DNA of 64,000 nucleotides from Octopus sinensis (GCF_006345805.1 NC_043026.1:5208001-5272000), one strand, 5' to 3'; positions 1-12,018 are shown, numbered from the stretch's first letter. Made by a program: numbers and translations. The notes: generated from the sequence alone by a model not told the origin.

Positions 1-955
1 TCAGGTTCTTATACTTGGAAGGTCATACACCAAATGGGACTTTTGATGAGACGAAAGAAGCACTTATGGTGACGATGCACCATCATACAACATAGTCAAG
101 CACTGGCATCACCTGTTCAAATGGGGCTGGACATTGGTGGAAACTGTTGGACAACCACATTCTGCCATTGATGATGATGCCATCCATAAAGTGGAAGCTG
201 CCATTTTGGAGGATCACCACAGAACTTTATGGCAACTAACCCAAAAAGTGAAGATAAGCTTAGGATCTGTGGGAAAAAACTCATTTACAACCATTTGTAC
301 ATGTTATCAGCACAATGGATTCCCCAGATGCTCACATCTTTTCAAAAGCAGGAATGGGTCAATTGTTCCAAGGCCCTTTTGGCAATGTGTCAAGAAAATG
401 AGGAGGATTTTTTCAGCAGACCTATCACACAGGATGAAGCGTGGGTCCATCACTATGGTCCTGAGACTAAAGTCCAGTCAAAACAATGGAAGTATGATAA
501 CTCATCACCTCCAAAGAAGGGTCGCGTCCAGCCCTGACCAGGCAAGGTGATGCTCAATCTTTTTGGACCAGCACAGATTAGTGATGATGGATTTTCTGGC
601 AAAGGGCTCCACAATTAATGGGGCACATCATGCTTCTCTGCCGCAGAAATTGCAGGATGCCATCAAAGCAGAGAAGCATGGCATGCTGACCAAAGGAGTC
701 TGCTTCCTCAAAGACAACAACTCAGTTCACAAAACACATGTTGCCCAGATGAAAGCACACTCCTGTGGCTATGAAATCCTTACTCTCCTGACCTCGCACC
801 ATCTGACTTCCACCTCTTTCCAGCCATGAAATCTTTTTTGAAGGGGAAGAAATTTTCAGATGACAAACTTATTTCTGAAGTAAAGCCTTGACTCTAGATG
901 CAGCCTACCAACTTCTACAGATGAGGGATACACAACTGCATAAAAGAGACAGGAG
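1..955 (+). mobile_element. Degenerate mariner-type transposase remnant
   Basis: Frameshifted pieces: YGDDAPSYNIVKHWHHLFKWG (HTH), TQDEAWVHHYGPETKVQSKQW, LKDNNSVHK (HDNARPH-like), and SPDLAPSDFHLFPAMK at about 784-830. These are mariner DD34D-family motifs. Confidence 0.85.
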
Positions 956-974
956 AAGTGTGACACCACTTCTG

Positions 975-1893
975 GAGGACAACTGAAGGTTCCTATGGGA
1001 CAACCTGTTGCGGGTTACTGACCAGATCTGTGGCTGATGCAAAGGCCCACTTGATCTAAGGTGGCATGGTGGTGGAACAATGTAGTTGACATGGTCATTA
1101 GGAAAAAGAAACAGGCATGGAAGGACTGGAAGTGTGGTGGAAGCAGGGAACTGTATCAGATCGCCAGAAGGGAAGCTAGGAGACAGGTTTACTTAGCCAG
1201 AAGGGAAGCAGGTAAGAATAAAAATTTGCCAATGTTCTTTCTTGTGTGGACCAGAGACTCAAAGTGTTTCATATTGCAAGACAGTGTGTGAGAGAGAATT
1301 GTGATGTCAAAAGAGAGAAATGTGTCTGCATGGATGATGGGTCACTTGCATTTAATGATGCTGCAAAGAGAGAGACTTGGAGATGCCACTATAAATGGTT
1401 CCTGAATGGAAAAAAGTGTGCCAAATGTTGACCTAACAGAGGGATCAGCTATTCAAATTGACAGTACCTTGGTAGATAAAGCAATTAAGGGTATGGAAGC
1501 AGGGAAAGCTCCTGCCTCATTAGGAATCACTGCTGTGATGCTTAAAATATCTGGTGGTGTAGGCTGTAGTCTAGTCACATGTATAGTCAAGCAGGTGATG
1601 TGCAAAGGGGTCATACCCAATGACTGGTGTTGCAGCACCATAATCAATTGCTACAAAGGTAAAGGTGATGCATTAGACAAAACTAATTACAGAGGTATGA
1701 AATTGTTGGACCAGGTGATGAAAGCCACGGAGAGGGACATAGCCCAACTAAATAGGGAGTGAGTTAGTTTAGATGAGATGCAGTTTGGGTTTGTGCCAGG
1801 GAGAAGCACTATTGATGTTATATTTCTGGTAAGACAGCTGCAGGAGAAATACCTAGTTAAAGATAGTCTCCATACATGGCATTCATTGACAAG
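975..1893 (+). mobile_element. Degenerate RTE/BovB-type LINE fragment
   Basis: Homologous to the RTE copy at 35899-38812 (WWWNNVVD, IPNDWC, YKGKGDALD, NYRGMKLLDQVMK); several frameshifts. Confidence 0.85.
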
Positions 1894-2698
1894 GAGCCAT
1901 ATATTTTTTTATTGAACTTAAAACATTTGACCCTTTAAATTAACTTTGGTACTCGCAGCTATCAGGTGACATTTTTTTCATCTGGTCATAGTTTTCAGGA
2001 GTCCTTATGCCTCTGATCCACCTGTCCATAAGGGTATTCTTGGCCATTGAGGTGGTGGTAGGGTGTCTACCTGTTTTCAGTTGACTGGGCCAGAAACATG
2101 GATAATCTTGCGAAAACAAACGCATAAACCTAAAAAATAGGTTTATTGAGTGAAATGACTAAATCTTTTTGAATAGAGAAACATCAGGTGAGTTTTATTT
2201 CAAACAATTGTTTTCGGGTAAGGTCATAAATATATCTGTATTTATGTATAAGTAAATGTGTAGCCAAGCACATCTGCCCACACACACACACATTATTAAG
2301 TATGTTTTTACTTAGACATAAACACAGGTGACATTGTAGCTGGCCTAAATCTCATGTTTTCAAATAAAACTCACCTGACCTATTCAGCATTTCATTCAAT
2401 AATGCAAAACAACTGGGGTTTTTTTTCCTTTTTCTCTTATTTTTTTTTTGCTTATTATTTTGACCTCTTGCAATTTCTATTCATGTGTATGTGTGTGTAT
2501 ATATGTATGCGTGTGTGCAACCACCTGCATGCTAATGTGTTTGTGTAGGGATGTGCCACACCCATCAAAACCTGGGCAGACATGAAGACTGCGTGAAAAG
2601 AAATCTGATACACCCTCCACCCTCCACCCCACGGAAGAAAGGAGAAGACTTTGGAAATTGCTTTTAAGTAAGAAACTCTGTCTGTCTGTCTGTCTATC

Positions 2699-2729
<31 letters not shown>

Positions 2730-2816
2730 GGTGGTGCTCCAGCATGACCACAGCTGCATGACTGAAATGAGTAAAAGAAAACAATAAAACAATAGTATAT
2801 ATGTATACATATACAA

Positions 2817-2851
<35 letters not shown>

Positions 2852-2875
2852 CATTTGAAGTATTGTCCAGGTATA

Positions 2876-2940
2876 TCTAAATGAAGAAGACTAATCAAAT
2901 TTACAAACGTATTTAAAGGGTCTGAAACCTAGGTACTAGA
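2876..2940 (+). ncRNA. Degenerate type I hammerhead ribozyme
   Basis: tctaa-ATGAAGA-agac...gtct-GAA-ACCTAGGT-A-ctaga. Palindromic stem III and 4-bp stem II; C3 and the first stem I pair are mutated. Confidence 0.5.
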
Positions 2941-3229
2941 TTATCCGATTCCGGGTTGTTCATTTATCTAATGTTCTTCCTAGAGTTAAGATGGAAGTCT
3001 TTATGTCCCCAGCCTTCACGCGTCTTTTCCAGTATATATACACAGTGAAGCTTTACTACAGGGTCGTAAATCTATTGACTGCTATTTCCAGTAAACATTG
3101 GTGCCTTGTTGTACCACTAATCTATATTTATACTTCTACCTTAACCTGGTGTTTTATTTGACTGGAAAGTAAGACGTTTGCTTTGCAATATTTTTATTTT
3201 CATTGTGTGCGTGTGTATATATATATATA

Positions 3230-3613
3230 CTAGCAGTATCGCCCGGCGTTGCTCGGGTTTGTAAGGGAAATAACTATAAAGCATTTTTAGAGAGTTATAG
3301 CCAAAAAATAGCAAACAAATGGGAAAAAAATGATGGTAAATTTTTTTTTGAGAGTTAAAAAGGTGGAGTTGCGTCCCCTAGACAGTCTGTGGTTTGTGTT
3401 TCTGATTCTCGACCCCATGTCGAATTTATCGATTTTTTCAGAACTGGGGGAACTTTTCAAAATTTTCGCTGCGTTAGTTTTGAATTATGACATTGTGCTA
3501 TGTGTGTGTCAAGTTTCATCAGAATCGGTTGAAAGCCGTGGTCAGGGTGAGGGTACAACCTAACAGACACACAGACACACACACAGACAAACTGCCGTTT
3601 ATATAGAGAGAGA
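3230..3613 (-). mobile_element. Non-autonomous Helitron-like element
   Basis: Minus strand starts TC(TCTC) and ends with the hairpin cccgagcaacgccggg about 8 nt before CTAG; inserted at A|T inside (TA)n with no TSD. Confidence 0.7.
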
Positions 3614-3626
3614 TATATGAATGTAT

Positions 3627-3687
<61 letters not shown>

Positions 3688-3691
3688 CATG

Positions 3692-3770
<79 letters not shown>

Positions 3771-3783
3771 TATTATTAGAAGG

Positions 3784-3834
3784 AGCTTCTACAGGACTAG
3801 AACTGTTTCATTCAAGAGAAATCATCAGGAAGCT
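3784..3834 (-). ncRNA. Type I hammerhead ribozyme (core intact)
   Basis: Minus strand: agcttc-CTGATGA-tttc tctt gaat-GAA-ACAG ttctagtc CTGT-A-gaagct. Stem I 6 bp, stem III 4 bp, GUA site; first stem II pair is U-U. Confidence 0.8.
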
Positions 3835-3870
3835 AGTTAACAAGAATTGTTAACTAGATTCTTGTTAACT

Positions 3871-3920
3871 AGCTTCCTGATGATTTCTCTTGAATGAACA
3901 GTTCTAGTCCTGTAGAAGCT
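3871..3920 (+). ncRNA. Hammerhead copy lacking one A of GAAA (probably inactive)
   Basis: Mirror of 3784-3834 but reads gaatGAAcag rather than gaatGAAACAG. Confidence 0.7.
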
Positions 3921-4003
3921 CCTTCTATATAATAAATTAATTTTACTCTTCTATGTATTGAGTACCTTATTTACTGTGGTTAACCCCGAATCAACCCGGG
4001 ACC

Positions 4004-4048
<45 letters not shown>

Positions 4049-4289
4049 ATTTAAATTAGAGATAAAAGCACTATTAGGCAAATCAAACAGAGTAAAACAT
4101 AAACCAAGACAAATAAAAATAAAATAATATACAAAATATATAAAATATGAAATATATAAAAAATTGCTTGGCCGCAATTTAATGACTGCAGGATCCAGTA
4201 AAAGATCAACATACACATACAAGTAAATATATTTACATGGTTATGTTCACACATATGTTAATATACGTGTGTATATATATATCTTTTCT

Positions 4290-4667
4290 CTCGTTTACTT
4301 GTTTCAGTCTTTTGACTGCGGCCATGCTGGAGCACCACCTTCAAGTAGAGTAAATCGACCCCAGGACTTATTCTTTGTAAGCCTAGTACTTATTCTATCA
4401 GTCTCTTTTGCTGAACCGCTAAGTTATGGGGACATAAACACACCAGCATTGGTTGTCAAGCAATGGTGGGGGGACAAACACAGACACACATACATATATA
4501 TACATATATACGACGGGCTTCTTCCAGTTTCCGTCTACCAAATTCACTCACAAAGCTTTGGTCGGCCCGAGGCTATAGTAGAAGACACTTGCCCAAGGTG
4601 CCACGCAGTGGGACTGAACACAGAACCATGTGGTTGGTAAGCAATCTACTGACCAAACAGCCACTTC

Positions 4668-4670
<3 letters not shown>
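4290..4670 (-). mobile_element. tRNA-derived CORE-like SINE with CR1-type tail
   Basis: Minus-strand tRNA-like head (degenerate A and B boxes), accttgggcaagtg core, tail ggtggtgctccagcatggccgcagtcaaaagactgaaac; many copies in the window. Confidence 0.85.
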
Positions 4671-4732
<62 letters not shown>

Positions 4733-4879
4733 ATATATGCATATGTATGTGTGATGGACTCCAATTGAAAACAACATACGAGCATCCATCTTTTGCCCAA
4801 AGGTTTGCAGAAACAATTCCTTTACAGTGATGAAATGTTCATGCTATACTTTCACTCACTCTACCCATCAAATACATGT

Positions 4880-4893
4880 GCGTGTGTGTGCAT

Positions 4894-4927
<34 letters not shown>

Positions 4928-5060
4928 ATATACATATACATACATATACATACATATACATATATATACATATATATACATATATATACATATATATACA
5001 TATACATATATATACATATATATACATATACATATATATACATATATATACATATATATA
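4880..5060. repeat. Compound (TA)n/(TATACA)n microsatellite
   Basis: Read directly from the sequence. Confidence 0.95.
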
Positions 5061-6078
5061 CGATCACAAGTTATGCAGATGATACAAAAGTTTCACAGGC
5101 AATACAGAACCCTGAGGACACTAAACGCCTGCAATGTGAGCTGGACAAAATATACAAGTGGGCTGAAAAGAATAGCATGCAGTTCAATGCTGAAAAGTTT
5201 CAAGCTTTATACTATCAGCATGCAAAACTAAATGCAATACCCAATGAATACACTGGACCCGGAGGAATAGCAATCCCAGAGGCACAATCAGTGCGTGACC
5301 TGGGTATTTACATGGGTGACGACGCAACCTTTCGTGTACATGTTGCTAAATTGGCAATAAAATATAGACGGCTGGCTGGATGGATTCTCAGAACCTTTAT
5401 AACAAGAGAACAAGAAACCATGATGATCCTCTTTAGGACACTTGTCCTAAGCCACTTTGACTACTGCTCTCAGTTATGGTCACCATCCAGTGTCAAGTTG
5501 ATCACAGAGCTCGAGGCGATCCAACGCAGCTACACGAAGAAGATAGCCTCTATGCAGAATGTAAGCTACTGGGAAAGACTCAAGAGATTAAAACTATATT
5601 CCTTGAAGCGTAGGCGGGAAAGATATGCCATAATATACATCTGGAAGATCCTGGAGGGACGTGTCCTAAACTTTGGCATCGAGAGTTACGCAAATGCCAG
5701 AACTGGGCGCCACTGCGTGGTGCCTAGGACTCCAAATTTGCCATCAAGATGTAGGACAAGATTCTGTGATAGCCTGGGCTTCCGTGGCCCACAGCTCTTC
5801 AATATCCTCCCGAAGAACCTGAGAGACCTGCATGGGGTGGATGCAGATGTCTTTAAAATGAAACTGGATCTCTTCCTCTCAGGTGTCCCAGATGAACCAA
5901 CTTCACGGCAGGAGGTGCAGATGAGGGCAGCTGCATCGAACTCTCTCATGCACCAAATGGCAGTTGCTAAAAAGCTTTCGTGAAGTAAAACCAAGTAGCA
6001 ACACCAAATGGCAGTGCCCCAGCATGTCCACAGCTCATAAGCTGAAACTAGAATCAATCAATCAATCAATCAATCAAT
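5061..6078 (+). mobile_element. 5'-truncated CR1-group LINE (RT C-terminus, 3' UTR, (AATC)n tail)
   Basis: [38 protein letters not shown]; tail gaatcaatcaatc...; closely similar to the reverse complement of 8946-9958. Confidence 0.95.
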
Positions 6079-6089
6079 CATACATATAG

Positions 6090-6132
<43 letters not shown>

Positions 6133-6135
<3 letters not shown>

Positions 6136-6294
6136 TTGTGTCTGGGGAGAGTGATTGCGTCAAGACTATTGAAAAGGTTGCAAGACGCAAGGAAAATTTT
6201 AGAAAATAAAAATAAGAAATAAGTGGAAATTTTACCGGTGAGTGTGTTAAATAATAAGGCACTAAAAGTGAATGACTCTCCCCAGACACAACAG
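6133..6294. mobile_element. MITE-like element with 24-bp inverted repeats
   Basis: ctgttgtgtctggggagagtgatt (6133-6156) against aatgactctccccagacacaacag (6271-6294), one mismatch. Confidence 0.55.
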
Positions 6295-6554
6295 AATGTG
6301 CTTCAACACACGAACTCACATAAAGAATTTTGCAAACCAAATCCAAAATCGAAATATATATATACACACACATATATATACATACATACATATGTGTGTG
6401 TGCGTATATATATATAAATAAATAATACATATATATATATATATGTATACATATACATAATACGCGTGTGTGTGTGTGTGTGTTTATATTTATATATATA
6501 TATATATATAAATAATACGCACACACACATATATATATACATATATATAAATTT

Positions 6555-6915
6555 TGTCATTGAAAGCTACACCAATGCCAGAACAGGACGACACTGCATA
6601 GTGCCAAAGATCCCAGCAATGCCATCGCACTTCGGGACCAGTTACTGCAACAGTCTGGATTTCAGGGGCCCACAGCTTTTTAATATTCTCCTAAAGAACT
6701 TGCACAAAGTAAATGTAGGAGATTTTAAATCAAAGCTGGACCTCTTCCTGTTGAGAGTCTCAGATGAACCTCCCTCACGTCAAGAGGTGTAAATAAGGGT
6801 GGCTACATCAAACTCCATTCTTTACCAAGTGCCACATATTGGAGGAGGCACTCAGTAATAACAGTGTAGCAAAACGGCAGTCGCTCCAGCATGGCCGCAG
6901 CTCTGAGCTGAAACT
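6555..6915 (+). mobile_element. Older CR1 3' fragment (related subfamily)
   Basis: [20 protein letters not shown]...[14 protein letters not shown], followed by the same 3' stem-loop tail. Confidence 0.8.
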
Positions 6916-7199
6916 ACAGAAATAAAATATATATAATACGTATGTGGATGTTTTTATATTTACATATATATATATATAAATAATACATGCATATATATAT
7001 ACATATATATATATATATCAACATCATCATCGTTTAACGTCCGTTTTCCGTGCTAGCACGGGTTATATATATATAGTGCATACATATATATATTGAATGT
7101 ATACCAAATAATTGTCACATATTACATTTACCGATATATATATATATATTTATATACATACAAAAAAACATACATACATGTATACTACATACGTATGTG

Positions 7200-7455
7200 A
7201 CGGTGGCACGTAAAATGCATCATTCAAACATGCTTGATGCCAGCACTGCCTGAGTGGTCCTGATGCCTGTGGCACATAAAAAGCACCGACTTCACTCTCG
7301 GAGTGGTTGGCATTAGGAATGGTATCCAACTGCAGAAACTTTGCCAGATGAGATTGGGGCCTGGTGCAGCCTTCTGGTATGCCAGCCCTCAGTCAAACCG
7401 TCCAATTCATGCCAGCATGGAAGCAGACGTTAAAGACGATGACGATGATGATGAT
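7200..7455 (+). mobile_element. SINE-like repeat with RTE-type 3' end and (GAT)n tail
   Basis: ggcacgtaaaa modules, gagtggttggcattaggaa, catgccagcatggaagcagacgttaaagacgatgac; matches the RTE 3' UTR at 38600-38812. Confidence 0.75.
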
Positions 7456-7699
7456 ACATATATGTCTATATGTATGTATGTATTTGTAGCCCTCTTAGAC
7501 ATGCCAGTGGCCCCTCAGACAGCCATAGTTACCAGCTATGCTAACGATACAAAATTATCAGAGGCAATAAAAAAATCAAAGATGACATCGCAAGATTACA
7601 GCTGGGGCAAACGACTGAGAAAAGCGGCAAGACCATGGTGGTGCTCCAGCATGACCACAGCTACATGTGTAAAGAAACGTGTAAAAGAATTATATGTCT

Positions 7700-7985
7700 G
7701 TGCGTGTGTGTATTATGAAACCGTATCAAAGCTTTCCTGAGTCATTGACTCACACAGCACAAATTATCGACTCATAAGGCCGGTTTCCCTTATTCTGTCA
7801 TGTATATATTTCCCCCAATGAAGAGGAAGGTGGGCCATCGTTGGATTCCTTGATTTTACTAGCCAAATAAATTGGGGGAAGTGGAATGAAGAGTGTTGCT
7901 CAAGAAAACAATCTATCACCCAATCCAGGAATTGAAACCTTAATCTTAGTATCATGAGTGCAACACACTAAAAATGTGCATCCAC
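7700..7985 (-). mobile_element. Degenerate tRNA-derived SINE (second family)
   Basis: B-box-like ggtttcaattcc on the minus strand followed by gttttcttgagcaacac; resembles 42600-42860. Confidence 0.45.
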
Positions 7986-8204
7986 ACATTCACACAGACA
8001 CACATACACAAACATACATGTACATGGGTATAAATATACACAAGTATACACCCTTATATATACATATATAATTAAACATATATATATATACACATAAATA
8101 CATACACACACACACAGTTACAGTAAATATATATATATGCATATACATACATATATATATACACACACACACAAACACACATATATATATATATATATAT
8201 ATAT

Positions 8205-8430
8205 TCATGTATGTGTGTGTCACTGTTTGCCCTCCCATCCCCCCACAAACGGTTGACAACCGATGTTGGTGTATTTACATCCCCACACTTAGCAGTTCAC
8301 CAAGAGAAACCGATAGAACAAGTCCTTGGCTTACAAAGAATATGTCCTGGGGTCGATTTCTCTGAACCTTTAAGGCAGTGCTCCAGCGTGGCCACATTCA
8401 GAAGATTGAAACAAGTAATAGAATAAAATT
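8205..8430 (+). mobile_element. Partial CORE-like SINE (3' half)
   Basis: acaaagaat...ggggtcgattt...ggcagtgctccagcgtggccac tail. Confidence 0.75.
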
Positions 8431-8436
8431 ATACAT

Positions 8437-8835
8437 AGGTGTAAGAGTGGCAGTGTGGTAAGTAGCTTGTTTACCAGCCACATGGTTCCGGGTTCAGTCC
8501 CGCTGCATGGCACCTTGGGCAAGTGTCCTCTACTATAGCCTCAGGCCGACCAAAGCAATGTGAGTGGATTTGGTAGACAGAAACTGAAAGAAGCTCGTCG
8601 TATATATGTATATATATATGTGTATGTGTGTGTATGTTTGTGTGTGTGTGTGTGTCCCCAACATCGCTTGACAACTGATGCTGGTGTGTTTACGTAACAT
8701 AGCAGTTCAGCAAAAGAGACCGATAGAATAAGTACTGGGCTTACAAAGAAAAAGTCCTGGTGTCGATTTGCTCGACAATACGCGGTGCTCCAGCGTGGCC
8801 ACAGTCAAATGATTGTAACAAGTAAAAGAGTAAAG
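8437..8835 (+). mobile_element. tRNA-derived CORE-like SINE, full length
   Basis: A box tggcagtgtgg, B box ggttccgggttcagtccc, accttgggcaagtg, tail gcggtgctccagcgtggccacagtcaaatgattg. Confidence 0.9.
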
Positions 8836-9035
8836 AATATACAAACAGGTGTGTGTGTGTGTATGTATCCATATATAAACATATATATGGATAAATACAT
8901 ATATATGTGTGTGTATATATAGATATACATGTGTGCTTATATGGTTTGATTGATTGATTGATTGATTCTAGTTTCAGCCTATGAGCTGTGGCCATGCTGG
9001 GGCACCGCCATTTGGTGTTGCTACTTGGTTTCACT

Positions 9036-12018
9036 TCATGGAGGCTTTCTAGCAACTGCTATTTGGTGCATGAGAGAGTTCGATGCAGCTGCCCTCATCT
9101 GCCCCTCCTGCCGTGAAGTTGGTTCATCTGGGACACCTGACAGGAAGAGACCCAGCTTCATTTTAAAGACATCTGTATCCACCCCATGCAGGTCTCTCAG
9201 GTTCTTCGGGAGGATATTGAAGAGCTGTGGGCCTCGGAAGCCCAGGCTATCACAGAATCTTGTCCTACATCTTGATGGCAGGTTTGGAGTCCTAGGCACC
9301 ACGCAGTGGCGCCCAGTTCTGGCATTTGCGTAACTCTCGATGCCAAAGTTCAGGACACTTCCCTCCAGGATCTTCCAGATGTATATTATGGCATATCTTT
9401 CCCGCCTACGCTCCAGGGAATATCATTTTAATCTCTTGAGTCTTTCCCAGTAGCTTACATTCTGCATAGAGGCTATCTTCTTTGTGTAGCTTCGTTGGAT
9501 CGCCTCAAGTTCTGTGATCAACTTGACACTGGATGGTGACCATAGCTGAGAGCAATAGTCAAAGTGGCTTAGGACAAGTGTCTACCAGAGGACCATCATG
9601 GTTTCTTGTTCTCTTGTTCTAAAGGTTCTAAGAATCCATCCAGCCAGCCGTCTACATTTCATTGTCAGTTTAGCAACATGTACATGAAAGGTCGCGTCAT
9701 CACTCATGTGAATACCCAGATCACGCACTGATTGTGCCTCTGGGATTGCAATCCCTCCGGGTCCAGTGTATTCATTGGGTATTGCATTCAGTTTTGCATG
9801 CTGATAGTATAAAGCTTGAAACTTTCCAGCATTGAACTGCATGCTATTGTTTTTAGCCCACTTGTTTATTTCGTCCAGCTCACATTGCAGGTGTTTAGTG
9901 TCCTCAGGGTTCTGTATTGCCTGTGAAACTTTTGTATCGTCTGCATAACTTGTGATCGTGGCTCTCTGCGTGGCTGAGGGCATGTCTGAGAGGGCCATTA
10001 TGAACAGTAGTGGTCCCAGAACAGTGCCCTGCGGAACACCGCTCACTATTTGTGTGTTAATGGAGGTGGCCCCATTGGTTACTACCACCTGACTTCTATC
10101 CTTCAGAAAGTCATGAAGCCATTCTCCCAGTTTTCCAACTATGTTGAGATCACGCAGTTTGTGACATATCATTCCATGATCGACTTTATCAAAGGCCTTT
10201 GCAAAGTCGAGATATATCACTTCCACATTTGAGTGGTTGAGCAGCCGTTTCAGCACCCAGTCATAGTGTTGTAGGAGCTGAGTTAAACAGCTTCTCCCTG
10301 GTCGGAAACCATGTTGGGTGTCGGGCAGCAAGTCATTCTCTTCAAGGAAGGTGATCAGCTTCCTTCTGACTATTCGTTCCATGACCTTGCTGATGTGTGA
10401 GGTCAGAGAGATAGGTCTATAGTTCTTGGCTTCCGCTCTGCTACCTCCTTTATGAATGGGGCATATTTTACCTTCCTTCAGTTTTCCTGGAAGTTTGCCA
10501 GCTGCAAGGAAGCTCTGAAAGAGGAACTGTAGTGGTCTTGCTAGGACTCTCTTACATGCTTTTAGGAGGATTGCCGGGAATCCATCGGGGCCAGTAGCTG
10601 AGTCTGTTTTCATTTCATCTATAGCCTTGGTTACATCGTCTTCCTTTATATCGATGTAATCTATCGTCGCCGCCTCTGATTTTATATCTGCAGTGGTAAA
10701 AAAGTCAGTTGGATTGGTGATTTGGAGATGCCCAAGGGGTGGAGTGAAAACACTCTTGAATTGCTCATTCAGTATTTCACTTACCCTCATTGGTTTTCCT
10801 GTAAGTGTGCCATCCTTTTCGAGGAGTGGCCCTATTCTACAGTGCACTGTAGCTGTTTCTTTGGCATACCTGTAGAAAGCTCTGGGTTTCTATAGCCCAG
10901 GCTTCTTTGTCTGCTCTTTCTTTTTCATTGGAGAGTTGCAGACATTTTTCGATTTCCAACAGTTTTATTTTTAGGCGGGACTTTTCACTGCTTTCAATCT
11001 GTTTGTTTAGGCGATTTGAAAATTTCGTACGCCGTCTCATTAAAATTTTCCTCTCTCTGGGGATTTTGTTCTTGTGTACAGTGGCCTTTCTCTCTGGGTC
11101 ACATTTGTAGCATATGGCTTGCATTACAGACATGAATTGTTGAAGTTTCACGTCGATGTCTGGCGAGGAGAGACATTTAGGCGAGTTTTGTTTGAGGATC
11201 TCTTTCTCAATTTGTTTCCAGTTTGCCTTATGGTAGTTCAAGCTGGAAAGATTTTGAGGGTTTCTTGTAGGCTGCATGTCCGTGCTCTCTTTTGGCCCGT
11301 ACATGGTCAGCTCTATCATGTTGTGATCCGAGAGTAGTGTCGGTGTCACTTTCACATTATGGATGAGATCCATGTCATTTGTGAAGCAGAGATTCAGTGT
11401 GTTACCTGCCCTGGTTGGTTGGAGTATTACCTGCTCCATGTACAGGGTGTTGATGAGGTTCAGGAGGGACCTCGCCTGTCCTCGTTCACATCTTGTCATT
11501 CCTGGGAGAGAAAGGCCCTCGGGCCATCTGACATTGGGCAGATTGAAGTCTCCCATAAGAAGCACACCTATGTGTTGTTCTAATGTGGTTAGAATTTCTT
11601 CTATTTTTATAAGGCAGTCTTCAAACTTGCCCACATGGCTTGGGGCATCTGGAGGGCGATATGTAGCACACACAACTACATCAAGTTGCTTAATATGTAC
11701 AATTAGTGTGTCACACACCGAGTTTGAGTATGACAAGAGGACCTGGGGTGTGAGGTCCTCACGGATGTACATAGCAACACCTCCATGACTCCTTTCTTTC
11801 CTGTCGGTCCGTAGTACAGCATACTGTGGTATGTGTAACTCCGCATCTGCTATGTCCGGTTTCAGGTGCGTTTCTGTAAGTGCTATGCATATGGCTTGAT
11901 TGCATGCAATAAAGTCTCTCAGGAACGGGATCTTTGTCCTGTTACTGAGTGTTTGCAGTCCTCTGATGTTCAGTAGGAGTATCGAGGTGAGGTGTACGTT
12001 GTTGCCGGCGGTGTCCAT
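9036..12018 (-). pseudogene. CR1 ORF2 (APE endonuclease + RT), disrupted
   Basis: LNIRGL, ALTETHL, GDFNLP, NYRPISLTS, QHGFRPGRSCLTQLL, YLDFAKAFD, GVPQGTVLGPLLF, YADDTK; frameshift near 10890 and stops at about 9582 and 9425. Confidence 0.92.

Larger units (their letters stand above)
3778..3926. repeat. Fold-back palindrome with ~70-bp arms and a 10-bp spacer
   Basis: 3778-3847 is the reverse complement of 3858-3926 apart from a 1-nt indel; the spacer tgttaactag copies arm sequence. Confidence 0.95.

Noticed and set aside
1929-2922. 12-bp inverted repeat gaccctttaaat / atttaaagggtc as piggyBac-like TIRs
   Set aside because: No TTAA duplication; the right copy overlaps stem II of the hammerhead at 2876-2940; short and AT-rich enough to be chance.
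4793-5983. 396-aa ORF as an intact gene
   Set aside because: The N-terminal ~90 aa is microsatellite fused in frame to a 5'-truncated CR1 RT.
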